Origin: Marsupella aquatica
Taxonomy: Eukaryota; Plantae; Marchantiophyta
NCBI GenBank assembly: GCA_973895155.1
Contig: OZ316899.1
Location: 310,001-374,000, forward strand
Direction of reading: 5' to 3'
Length of the DNA stretch: 64,000 nucleotides
This document shows positions 35,285 through 47,520 of this stretch, piece by piece. The translations under genes and the position numbers were made by a program. How positions within the stretch are numbered: the stretch's first letter is position 1; every line of letters starts with the position of its first letter. The notes beneath the pieces are model-generated. The model was not told where the DNA came from and made no database searches. It saw only the letters and a program-made list of their open reading frames with translations.

Positions 35285-38200
35285 TTAGTTCTCCTCAATC
35301 GTTTCTATAATGTAAACTTTCACACTTTCCAAAACTCTCGCTGGAACTTTTACCTTTGCTTTTGCTTTTGATGTCCATCCGGTGATGGTTGAAGTTGCTA
35401 GGATCCAATCATTCGTGACTGGGGGAATGAGGTAATTGGGATCCCTTTCCCACGTTTGCTTTGAATTAAAGTAGTCCCGATATCTTTCTGATTCGGTTGC
35501 CAAACTCTTGCGATTAAGAGGGCGCCACCATTCAACTTGGAACTCTCCAACATGCGCATCGTTGGGATCTTTTACGACACAATTGATTGCTTTTGCAAGC
35601 CAAAATCGTTGCGGAATTCTGGTTTCAAATTCATCGGTGGGTCGAATAATAACAAATGTATTCTTTTTAATATCTTCTAGAGGACTAAATCTTGACCTCT
35701 CACACTCAGAAGGGTGTCCGACAAAGATTGTTTGCCTCTCTTCTTCATCTTCTTGAAGCTCTCTTTCCAGATTATGCATCACCCCATTGTCTTCGCTTGG
35801 GCTGGTATCCACGTTCTGACCATCCTGACGATACCCAATTCCATGGTTCGTTCGAGGCCAGAATCCATCAAGTAATGGATAATCTACCCCTGCTAGCGAA
35901 GGAGAGCAAAGTGTGTCCTGAAACACAGAAACAATGTTTTCCCAGTATTGAATCTCTGGACTTTGGAGACGATATCCCTCTGATGTAACATCCTTCCATG
36001 CAGTCTTCAGCCATGAGATATAATGGATCAAGTATTCCAAAATGTCATTCGCCTGCTTGTGAGAAGGCTCCATCCGCTTGGAATAAGGACTTCCAATTGG
36101 AAATTTGTATTGGTTTCTCTCTAAGTCAAACAACCAAATTGTTTGACCCTTTGTCGGTAGCCAAGGCGTATCAATTTTCTCTCGATATTGGTAGACTGGG
36201 ACATTCTCCTTCATTGAGAACAAGAATTGAACAGGGTTTAGGGTTTAAACTTCGCGGATGAACCTTGGAACCGGATGTTTCTTCTTGCACTCCCAAACCT
36301 CCGCCATCAAACCAAAAAATGTGGTAAGCTCTCGACTGTAGATCCTTATCCCGACTCTAGAGAAGAAGGCATCCACATCCTCATGAGTGTGCCCCACCAT
36401 CAAAAAGGAAAGAGTTATTGACTCAAACACTCCTCTTAGAACAAGCTCGCTACAGAAAGCCAGAACTGTCTGGTTCTTGTTATCCTTTCCCAAGTTATCA
36501 AGTTGAAGGTGGAGGTGTCGAGGAAGCGCCTTGAAGGGTAGCAATGTTGAAGGCTCTACGCGACTCTCGTGTGGCGCATTATCACCAAGCCCTGCAAAGT
36601 GAGCGAGAGAGATCTTTTTGGTTTCGAGGTATCCTACCTCAAAGGCACACCGATCCAAGAGGGATACAAAGATTGGATCTATGACATCAGAGGTGTTGAG
36701 AGCTAGATCGCCGGTCTTATCTCCCACAAATGATTCGAGATCACGAAATAACTTTGCAAGCGAAGCGACTGTAAAATCAGGATCGCTTGCCCACAAACCA
36801 GAAAGGGCAAAATGTGCATAAATTCCAGGCTCTCGTCCATATGTTAACATCCCCGTCAGCGTCATTGGTAGCGGGATTGATTTGCCTCCTTGGCTCTTGA
36901 GTGTAGAAGTCATTTTAGGGATTCCGGTCTTGGCTTGATCCATTTTATCGTGAATCACAGACAAATATTTGTCGGGCTCTTGGTCCGCCGCAAGTTTTGC
37001 TGCATAGTACATACTCCTGCATGATTGTTGTTCCAACATATGCCGTTTGTGCTTTGCCTTGATTTCTAAAATCTTATCCACCCGTTTCTCCCCCCGAAGT
37101 GTTTCTTTAATGGTCGTGCAGAGATCGCATTTTGCAAAGTTGCTCCGATCTTGGAATTGGAAATTGGGGAAATATTTATCCAAAAGCTTGTAGAAGGTTG
37201 TGAGAGAGGGCGAGTGAATACCCAGGTTTTTGTTAAGCTCGCAAGCCTCTTCAAAAACATCTTTTCTCCCGAAACTTATTGGTACCCTGAAAACAACTTC
37301 CTGCTTGCCTGAAACACCAATTTTGTGAAGATGTGGCATTGGTTTTGCACATTTCTGCAGGATACTTCGAATTGATTCTGTGAACAACACAACGTAGTCT
37401 TTGGTCTTGATGGTCCCTTCATCCCATGAACACCAACTTTTGCCCCCTCCATGTATCGTGAATACATTGTGTAAAATGTTCCTCGAGAAAATCCATGAAT
37501 ATTCCAGAAAGCTTCCTTGCAGATCCTGCTTCCCTTGAATACAATCATGCCTAAGGCGATGGTTTCATCATCACGACAGTGAAGATGATTGAGCACGTAA
37601 GTATGTTGCTCAACATGAGATAGAGCATAGTACTCTTCCCTAATGTCAGTGACAGTCTCACGGAATTTTCGTCGACAACAACTCTGTGAGCAACAATCAA
37701 CCCGATAAAGAGTATCTATGGACACCCGAGACATCTTTTGATTGCGTCTTTTCTCAAGTCATTTTCTCTCCTTCTGGTTTGAATCTTGAGGATTTCTTTG
37801 TTGATTGTTATAGCCACTTTTTGGCTTGATATATGAGAGAATTCTAACTCCCTCATCGTTACCATCATTCCAATCTAAAAGATCACTCAGACATTCCATT
37901 CCAGGCTCAATCCTAGTTTTGTTGATTGGCCATCGAACTGTGCATGGTGATCCATCAACAAATTGAGGGAACAAAACTTTTCCCAAGCCAGCTTCAATAG
38001 CTAGACTCAAAATGTTCACACCAACATGATCTTCCCCAACTCGCTCGTTGTTAATGGACGCGAGAGGATGTGGGTTTATGATGCAACCTCTTGCGAGCAA
38101 GGTTTCTCCATCATCCGCATAGAGAAGGGCAAACTTTTTGAACCATGTGCTACAATCTTTCAGATCCTCCGCAAAAACCTCTGTCCCCTCCAGTCCGGTG

Positions 38201-38550
38201 GCTGATTCAAAATTACCTTGAATATTGTCAACTGGGTCATCAATGACATAAGCTGACTCTGTTTGACCTCCAAGATTCATGTCATTTGCATGGCGGACAT
38301 CTTGCCGACCCCACAAAACAACGGAGTTCACCGACTCTCCTACTAGATCAGCTCCCGGATGTGGATACGGCAGCTGTGCGAGGTGAAAGAAAGCATTGTC
38401 CACCGCCACACTTATCCGTTCTGCTCCAAGCAACATAGAGTGGCAGGTGTCGGAAGGTAGAACACAAAAAACCTTTCCACCAGCAACTGGTTGTTCATTG
38501 ATAAGCAGGTGAACGACTTCTCCAGGTAGAAGTTGCGTTCTTGAAGCCAT
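35285..38550 (-). pseudogene. Sola-type (DUF7869-like DDE) transposase, about 1090 aa, with two N-terminal DUF8039/Tnp1-like domains; one TGA (37759), a frameshift (about 37400), and a TAA in a telomere-like insert (36245)
   Basis: FAKCDLC, HKRH, SVIHDKMDQ, HLHLQLDNLGKDNKNQ.V..F...LV..GVF..I...FLMVGHTHEDVDAFFS motifs. ORFs 38550-37759 and 37734-37276 are in frame; 37390-36245 and 36223-35285 are in frame. Element ends not resolved. Confidence 0.8.
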
Positions 38551-38746
38551 TTTGGATCTGAGGAAAAAAATTGCAACAAAAACATCTTTTAAAACATCCT
38601 ACACGAGGCTCGTGTGAAAAACTCTAACTCTAATCTAAGCAAATATCATAGAACTGAAAATTCAAATCCAGTTTAAACAAACAATGAAGACAGTCATCTA
38701 AAAAGTTGAATGTTCTTTCATTAAAGAGAAAATTCTATTGTATCTT

Positions 38747-39520
38747 AGACGAGGGGAACAACACGAGACTCGTGTAGACAATCAAAAGTCCAATATTCAA
38801 TAGAGATTACGACTGAATCCACACTAGTAGGCTCTTAAACCTTCTATACAGAGATGGATATTTTGAAATGAGTATTCTTCTTAGAGGAACTTTCTATTGA
38901 ACGTTGTATTTGGATAGACGAGGGGAACAACACGAGGCTCGTGTAGACAATCCAAAGTCCAATATTCAATACAGGTTACAACTGAATCCACACTAGTAGG
39001 CTCTTAAACCTTCTATACAGAGATGGATATTTTGAAATGAGTATTCTTCTTAGAGGAACTTTCTATTGAACGTTGTATTTGGATAGACGAGGGGAACAAC
39101 ACGAGACTCGTGTAGACAATCAAAAGTCCAAAATTCAATAGAGATTACTACTGAATACACACTAGTAGGCTCTTAAAACTACTATAGAGAGGTGGATATT
39201 TTGAAATGAGTATTCTTCTTAGAGGAACTTTCTATTGAACGTTGTATTTGGATAGACGAGGGGAACAACACGAGGCTCGTGTAGACATTCAAAAGTCCAA
39301 AATTCAATAGAGATTACTACTGAATACACACTAGTAGGCTCTTAAAACTTCTATAGAGAGATGGATATTCTGAAATGAGTATTCTTCTTAGAGGAACTTT
39401 CTATTGAATGTTGTATTTAGATAGACGAGGGGAACAACACGAGACTCGTGTAGCAAATCAAAAGTCCAAAATTCAATAGAGATTACTACTGAATATACAT
39501 TAGTAGGCTCTTAAAACTTG
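38747..39520. repeat. 169-bp tandem repeat, about 4.6 copies, upstream of the Sola-type ORF
   Basis: AGACGAGGGGAACAACACGAG(A/G)CTCGTGTAG starts at 38747, 38916, 39085, 39254 and 39423. Confidence 0.96.
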
Positions 39521-42500
39521 TATAGTTAAACCACATCCCAATGGGAAAGACTCAAGCTTGCACATACATTCACATACTAACACAATCACTAAAACAAAAT
39601 TGAAAATGACAGGAGAAAAACTGTACAAGAAACTGTACCGATGCAGTACCTGAAACAACAGAGCACGCTTTAACGACAGCCCCACCTCGGACTGAAGGCA
39701 CGAATGAGTCAGGTCTCAAACAATGACTTGGACGAAGTGGTCTGTCACGTTATATAGTGAGTGGGGGTGCGAGAATTTCAGACTAGCTTTCAACTCTACC
39801 AGATTGTCGTGTAGTACTTTTTTGTGGCGGCGTGGTGTGTGGTGAGCCTATGGACCGCTTGAGAGACATTGCATATCGTGCACTCGCACCACTCGTCCAT
39901 CCATCCGATTTTCCAGCCACATTGAGGGAGATAGACCGTGTATTTTGTAGGAGGAGGAGAGTGTTGAGGATGCACCCTATTGAGAGGGGAGTAGTGGTGA
40001 CCACTAGACCCCAATCGATTGACTCCCGTCCACCTAGGATTGTTCCGCCCCAATGCCCTTTTCTTGATGCATCGTTCCCGGGGCACCAAGACAGTTGCGA
40101 GGGAGAGCCTTGGACATCTTAAAGGACTCCTTCCCAACACAGTTTGGACTCCCTATGGACCTCCCGCTTCAAGAGCCTATTATAGTTTAGGACCGCCCAT
40201 GGGTCATCCTCCCCTCCACATTGGGGACTCATGTAGGACTTGGAGTATTTGCTCTTGTGGATATCGTGGTCCCTACCGGTTGTGCACCCAATGTTTGCCT
40301 CAGTTGTTTCCATTCTATGGGCCCAAGTATTTGGAGGCGAGATGGCGCATCTTGTCCCGATAGTGCCCAACCTTTAGTCGATATGACATGTCACTAAACT
40401 TGGACCCTAGGTATGCTCAAATTGATGGTTACCCTGTAGTATCACACTATGGACATAAATAAACATTTAAAATCCAAAACTTGGTATTCGTTCCCATGGA
40501 AGAACATGTAAGAAATGATTTTCTATGATTTAGTACTTATGAATGACTTAAGTAATAAAACACAAAGGTTGAGCCTTTTACTATGGTTTCTCAGCAAGGC
40601 ATAGTTTTAAATGTTTGCTTAACATTGTAATTAATCCGTGGACCCCCATGTTCATCCAGGAATGTGTGTTTGATGAAGTGAATTCAATTTTCAACAAGGC
40701 GGTAATCGACGGTTTTGAGTCTCCCGATGGTCTTGGTGTGTGCTCGTACAAAAGAAAACGCCCAAAATATAGAGGAGATTTATCAATGGAAGGTTGAATA
40801 TGGAGGAATTGAGTTTTTTGACGATTTTTGCTTACACATTGGAGAAATCGTGTTTCTATCATTCATGATTGATCGTTTGTGAGTTACATTGAGCATTATC
40901 GTCACAAGACAGACTGGAGAACAACACTTAGCTATTGGCAAAAGAGCGCTTGTCGATTCGGTGGGAAGAACACACAAAACAAACGAATCATCGCTTCACA
41001 TGAAGGATTTGTAGTTTTTTTATTTAAGAAAGCTATGGTGTGAGAGGGAGACCAACGATTGTAACTTTGACATAGAGGCTGCATTTGGCGTCAATCTGTG
41101 TTCAGAGTGAGCTAGCTTCAGTTGAAGACTAGAGGAATGCGAACAATTCAAGCCGGGAAGCAAGCATTATGGACAAGGGATGGCGACATAATCAAAGAAA
41201 TCAATTTTCAACGACTAAGTTTGTGACGGTGATGAGATTGTGATATCTCTTAATCGAGAAAGGGTTTCCAATGAGCCTCAGATTGACAAATTTTGTCAAG
41301 TTCCAAATGAGTTTTTGAATTTCTTTGCCTTTCCAATGAGTGTGAGTAAAAGAAATATTGATCATGAGTCCATGAATTCTTTTAGCTTTCCAACATTGAG
41401 TCCGACATTGACAAATTGTATGTCAGATTTTGTCACGATACTAAAGAGATCATGAGGTTTTCAATCTCTGCAGCTTTCTAATGTGTGGTCAACATTGAGA
41501 TTATTCGTCAAGAATTAGAGAGATCATGAGTATCTGAATTTCTCTAGCTTTCCAATGAACCTAACATTGATAGATTTTGTCAAGTACTAAGGAGATGATG
41601 AGTTTTTAATTTTACTTTAACTTTCCTTGAGTGTGACATTGAGAGATTTTATCAAGACAATACTAAAGAGGTCACGAGATTCTAAATCTTGATCTTGAGT
41701 TTTCCAATGAATCAAACATTAACAGATTTTATCAAGTACTAAGGAGATTGATTATTTAGTTTTACAATGTGAAGCCAAATGGGTTTTAACTATGTACATT
41801 TCTATTGGTTGGTTACTTTTTTCAAGCTTGCAAACAATTAAAAAATACAAGCATTTTGATATAAAACATTGATATATCTTTGACAAACATCAAAATGGTA
41901 ACTTTATTTTACTAAATGACATATCTCCCTTTGTACTTTGGTTTTTTTACGTTCAATATTTACGGCATGGCGTCCCAAAAATTACGTTGCTTTTGCCACA
42001 AAGAATGTGCACGTTTGTTATTGTTAAAAGTAGGATCATTCCTATTTGTGGCTGGTTGTGGTGATGTGGTGCAACCTCGTGACAGGGAATTTGCAAGAGA
42101 CCTCTCATGGGGGTCCGTAAAGAAAATTAACAAATGAAAACAATTAATAAAATACAATAAAATCTTGAGGTATGGTGAGGGAGTCTGGAAAATACCAAGG
42201 TAACTTCTCAACATCACTTAATTTGAGATGATTTAAAGTGAAGAATCCGCAAGGACATTTCTGGAATGAAATGCTTTACTAGGATGGTTAATTAAAGTGC
42301 TGTCAACACATCTCAACCTTTCCATCCAAGGTACTAAGTTAGGATTAACAACCAATCACTTCAGCATCCAATCGGTATTTTGAGTCACGAATATCAAGCA
42401 CCATCATCAACAACTTAAAGTCGTAGATAATTGGGTGATAATATTCTTTGCACCTCGTGCACAAGCAATGTTATGCCAAAAATATATGCATCAAGAACTC

Positions 42501-43400
42501 AAGAATGTATAGCCTTCACCAATTAAGGAATCTATCTCCACACATCCAAAAGATTCATCAATCACAAAGTTTTACTTCTCTGGTCTGAAATCTCAACATT
42601 CAAACACAAGGAAGGGGAAGAAATCCTCTGTATATTGTACTCATCAACAATATAGAGTACTTGCTACAAATGGAGGTAACAAAGTTACAATCTTGCAACT
42701 GAGCGCTCATGAAATTTCTTCACACAAGAAATGACATGAAAACTACTACTTATATGCTAGCAGGAACTAAAGGGAAAAGAGATAATGAAAGGACATACCC
42801 TTTCATATCTTAAGGGTCATAAACTAAAGTAAAAAATATGAAAATATGATATAAGAGTACTCAAGGTTCACTAGAATGTTCATGGAATGAAAAACTAACC
42901 AAAAGTTATCCCTAATGTAAACTGGAGTAAAAGTGTTTTTGCACTTTTGTGACAAAACTAATAAATATCAACTTTGTCTGAATTTTAATTTCTAACATAA
43001 AGGTCAGAATGAGGTGAAACGTTTTTAGGTGGAAGAATTCCATACATGCTACATGCTGGAAAAATTTCAGACTTTTTTGAGATGTCTAAGTGCCTTAATA
43101 AAATAGGTGAAAAGTGTTGTTGGATAAAAAATACACTTTTTTCGGAAAATTTTCTAAGTGTCGGAAGCGCCTTTGCGCTTTGGCATAGTAGCGCCGTTGC
43201 GCCTTTGCGCTTTTACGCTTAAGCAAAACTAAAAATGCTATAACTTCTAAATTACATGTTGGTTTAAGCCGATATTTTCAGGGTATGGTCTGCTACATAA
43301 GGGCTATCTCTTGAAAAAGTATGAAACTTTTCTAACTACTTTAACTATTTAACAAAAAATGGTGGAGATTGACTAATCCTGAGTTGAAGGATGGAGTAGG

Positions 43401-43994
43401 TCAATCCTCCTGAAGTAGTGCTGACTGGTCCGGTTGTTGAAAACTCCTGAATGTCTCAGTTTGAATCACATCTCGAAGGAAATCCATAACCTGTGTATCA
43501 TGTCGATCAAATGGAAGAGATCTGATTTGTCGTTCAGCATTGAGAATGTTCACCTTGCTAGCTTGCATATAGATGCCGACTAGATCATAACTACAACAAG
43601 TGGTATGATAGTTGCGTGGAAACTTGTTGATGAAGGTGTCAGAGTCCTTGGCAAGTGACAGAAGTGGAGTGACACTAGGTAACAGTTCCCGCCACTTTAG
43701 GGTGTAATGAGCCAACCGCTGGGAAGTGATGTTGTTCCAGATTCTCTGGCTCTCAGCAACTGGTGTGATAAATTGTTGAACAAGAAAAGGTTCCTCTGGT
43801 AGGACACCATGGTCGACTTGATATCGTTTGTTGGTTTGTCTCAAAAAGTTGATGATGAATTCCAAGACATAGGCAGGTAAATTCCCGAAGTATGCCAGGG
43901 CTAGATCTCCATTCTCTAGTACAATGTGTCCAACCAAGATCATGACAGCAAGAATAGGACAAAAATATTTAGCCTTTGTCCAGATCTCATCCAT
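43401..43994 (-). CDS. Unknown protein, second coding block of the insert; homologue at 31986-32375
   Basis: 197-aa ORF with a clear by-eye alignment to the second copy; homology extends upstream across a stop. Confidence 0.55.
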   Translation of the reverse strand: MDEIWTKAKYFCPILAVMILVGHIVLENGDLALAYFGNLPAYVLEFIINFLRQTNKRYQVDHGVLPEEPFLVQQFITPVAESQRIWNNITSQRLAHYTLKWRELLPSVTPLLSLAKDSDTFINKFPRNYHTTCCSYDLVGIYMQASKVNILNAERQIRSLPFDRHDTQVMDFLRDVIQTETFRSFQQPDQSALLQED

Positions 43995-44450
43995 CTCTGC
44001 TATCTCTAGGCGGGTGACATCCTTTAGATGAAGCTTCAGGATATAGAGACATTCAACTCTCTTTTTATGATAGTACTGCCAAAATTCTAAAATGGGAGGA
44101 GTTCTAAGGTTTGAAACTTTGACAAACTCAGCAAATTGTGTAATATTCTCCTTAGGGGTTTTAGGGTCAATATGGAGTGTAGGAATGAAATGGACTAGGT
44201 TCAGGCAGAGTTACAGAGGCTGCTCTTAACCTCTCAATAGAGTCAACTATCTCCTCAGGTTCATAGATCAATAAGTTGCTTAACTTATCAATAATTTGCT
44301 GATTAGATTCTACTCTCAGTTCATCAGCCGTTGGTTTGCTGAACATGAAGGGTCTCTTATGGGATCTCATAGAAGGGGTCAAGCTATCTCTAGATAAATT
44401 TTGAGTTGGGACTGTAGGTGATCAAAGAGTAATAGGGACAGATATGTCAA

Positions 44451-45413
44451 CTACAGATACAGGAGGTGGGGGAACCTCTGGTTCGGATGTATACTCATCG
44501 AGATTGGAATTGAGGGGGGTGTAAAGTCTTCTATCCTGATTGAGATCTTCAAAAGGGGATAGAGGGTTATCAGGAATTGGTGAAGAGGTACTTCTGGGTT
44601 CCACAAGTGGTTCTCTATGGGTAAGAGGGGTAACCTCTGAACAGATAGGGGGAACCTCTGGTTGAACTTCATCAGCATCTTCTCCTTCAGTATCCTTGTT
44701 TCCTGATTCACTAAGATCAAATTCATCAAGCAATCTGATCGCTCCTCTTGTTTGCCTGGAAGTAAGCAATTCCCATGAAAGTACAACTGGCAAAGATAAG
44801 CAGGGAGAGTAGTGAACTCATCCGTTTTCACCTTCTTTACTTGAGATAAAGTAACCTGTCTTAGCAACAAGGCCCAATTTATCTGAGCAACTCCCTTCCA
44901 ACTTGCCACAATAGTATTGGCAAGTGACACAGGTATCATATGTGGTCGAATAGGATGGAGAATTGGAATCAAAAACTCTAAAATGATTTTAAGAGTATAA
45001 TCGGTGCACTGGTCCATTTTCCATCCATGGCGAACGTTTCGAGTTCCAGAAAAATAAGGTTTCGCAGTCTCTCCTTGTCGTGAGTGTAGGTTGTCTCCTT
45101 CGGCGGGACAGCCAAAAGCATCAGCAACAAATTGCATAGTCCAGAATTCTGGATTCGCCCAAGCAGTTCCCACCATACCAACTTCGATTCGTGCCCCATC
45201 ACTGAAATCCTTCAGAAAACTCAATGAAGTTACGGACCAAGGCAGAGTGAGTAATTTACTCAGGTGCATGACCGCCAATGCTTCCTTCAAAACGTGCAAG
45301 CTTCTTTTCATCATAGGGTATGTCACAGGGACGGCCCTAGGTAAAGGAACTCCTCTTGCAGTCATCTCTCCCCCTTCGTCTGCCATAGTAATAAGCCCGG
45401 TAATAAGGAACAA
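44451..45413 (-). CDS. PMD/Athila-ORF1-like retrotransposon extra ORF (frameshifted 3' end)
   Basis: LLTLPW, VADAFGCPAEGD, YF.G...GW...C...LEFL.PIL.P, INWA motifs, distantly matching the central domain of 56241-58619. Confidence 0.65.
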   Translation of the reverse strand: MFLITGLITMADEGGEMTARGVPLPRAVPVTYPMMKRSLHVLKEALAVMHLSKLLTLPWSVTSLSFLKDFSDGARIEVGMVGTAWANPEFWTMQFVADAFGCPAEGDNLHSRQGETAKPYFSGTRNVRHGWKMDQCTDYTLKIILEFLIPILHPIRPHMIPVSLANTIVASWKGVAQINWALLLRQVTLSQVKKVKTDEFTTLPAYLCQLYFHGNCLLPGKQEERSDCLMNLILVNQETRILKEKMLMKFNQRFPLSVQRLPLLPIENHLWNPEVPLHQFLITLYPLLKISIRIEDFTPPSIPISMSIHPNQRFPHLLYL

Positions 45414-47520
45414 GGCGTTATCACCAACTATCGATCCAAAGAGATCAATGCCAAGTGATCCGCCGTTGCGCTCTTACTCTGTTGCGCCCTCACACCTTTG
45501 CTCTGAAATGTTGTTGCGCGGTTGCGCTGTTGCACTTTTCCCCCAAAATGCCGTTGTGCTTTTTCTCCAAAGCGCCGTTGCGCTTTTACGCTCAAAACGC
45601 TCTGTGTAACGCACGGTCAAACTTGGTAGCACCAATCCTCCTTTTGTGCTTTGAGAACATCGATAGTAGTTTCTTTTGGCTCGTCTCACCCCTACCTAAT
45701 TACTCAGGGTATTATCCATTAATCTGCCTAACTTAAGTCTTAACCTTACTTATATCTAAAAGTAGATTAATTGGCTATGTTTAATCTATTTTTAACTACA
45801 AAAAATTTTAAATTTTTCATTATTTCTAAGTTTCTAATTTAGACGGCTATTACATACCCACCTTGCACGGGGAACTTGTTGGGTTACATCAACAACACTA
45901 TTGGTTCTCGACGTTTAGGGTTTAGGCCAAACGTTGAGTGGCACGAGTTCCATGACCAGAGTCACCCTTGTTTGCCTGTAGCATGCACACATTACATCTT
46001 GACACATGCTACCGGCACCATTAGAGTAGGGGCAGAGATTCTCATAGATTATGATTGGCATTGATGTTTACATGTGTACATGACATATTCATTATGGGTG
46101 ACCCTTGCATTTTTCATTATTGATGTTTCATTGTAAGCTTTATCACGGAAACCCTTCTCTAATTGTGATCTGTCATTGCATATTGAAAACTCTAGGATAG
46201 TGTACATATTACTCCCACACCTCACCCATCAATGATGACTACATCAGCCCGTGCCTTTCACGTACGTGCCACCTTACATTTCTCAGATGAGGAGGATGCT
46301 GAGGGTCAGCCCCTTGACCATGATGAGATGGACGATGAGGATGAGGAGTACCATGATGCATATGATGGAGAGTTGGATGATGATGTTGATGATGAGGGAG
46401 ATGAGGGAGATGACCCTATCCTTGAAGAAGATGCCTTTGCCCACCTTGTTGATGTTCACTTTGGACCTCATGCACCTGACGCCGAGCACCCTATCATGGA
46501 AGTGGATCAAGAAGATTGGGATCACTTGGAGACTGAAGCCAGAACACCACTATTTGAGGGATCTCCATCCTCACGGTAAGGTTGTCCTAAAATTATCACA
46601 ACTCTGGAATTTCATCCAGTGAATATTGGGCAGTCTAAGTTGTAGTGCCAGGCATGCCATCTAGCTACTTGGACTAACTGCAAAAAGTCTGGTGTGTGTG
46701 GTTTTGCAAATCCAGGGTGGGTGCAACTTTGTTGATGTTGAATTTGCAAGGAGTTTTCAATGGTTCGGATGTCCATACAGATGCACTCTTCCAATTGTTC
46801 CACGACAAACTCTTGCCCCAACCAAACACTCTCCCTGGATGTGTGAGGGAGGCTAAGAAGTTGTTAGCCTCAATTGGATTGGCTTTAGAGACTATCCACA
46901 TGTGCCCAGGTGGGTGCATCTTGTATAGAGGGGTGTACAAGGATCACACTCACTGCCCAGAGGAACACTGTATGCTTCCACGGTATCGACCAGACACCAT
47001 TGGAGACAAGATTGCAGAAAAGGTAATGTTTTCCTCAACACAATGTGAGAACTGTTAGACGATGGTTATAATTCATACACCAACAACATAAGAATAATCT
47101 TTTCATGAGCCAATGTGGCTTATAAGGTGTTACACATTGGATGGTTATAACTACCTTCTCCTAGTCTCATGGCTCTCTATATCTAGTCCCTATATACCCC
47201 TTTGTATCATTCTATGAGTTAGGGTTAAGTGTATTCTAACACTCCCCCTTGGTTACTTTAATAGAAAGTAACCATTCTATAGAATAGAGTTAATCCTAAT
47301 TCAGGGTATATTAGAACTTATAAACGACATGATCTCATTAAAAACCCCCTGCTTTCTTCTTTGGGGTAAAAAGAGTATCACTGTCTTACATGTAATAAGT
47401 TCGTTAAGTTGAGGGGACTGAGTATATGCTAAGTAGTAATGTGTCATTCTACCAGGTATTACGGGTTTAGGGTGATCGTAATAATAATGCCTGAAATGAG
47501 TAGTCGAGGGCATTTAGGTA

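Larger units (their letters stand above)
40435..45854 (-). mobile_element. 5,420-bp TG...CA insert with 5-bp TSD TACCC; apparent solo LTR carrying ORFs
   Basis: Ends TGTAGTA...TATTACA; TSD at 40430-40434 and 45855-45859. No terminal direct repeats, PBS, gag or pol seen inside. Confidence 0.8.
39832..46064 (+). pseudogene. Second CACTA-borne SET gene (SET-2), split by the 40435-45854 insert; coding parts about 39830-40434 and 45860-46064
   Basis: Removing the insert and one TSD copy gives ...ILKDSFPTQFGLP..QEPIIV*DRPWVILPSTLGTHVGLGVFA..DI...PQLFPFYGPKY...YAQIDGYP|PCTGNLLGYINNTIG...PNVEW...HATGTIRVGAEILIDYDWH, collinear with SET-1. Stops at 40188 and 40361, frameshift near 40290. Confidence 0.88.

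Noticed and set aside
38747-39520. 169-bp array with palindromes as a CRISPR array
   Set aside because: Whole units repeat with no unique spacers, there are no cas genes, and the context is eukaryotic.
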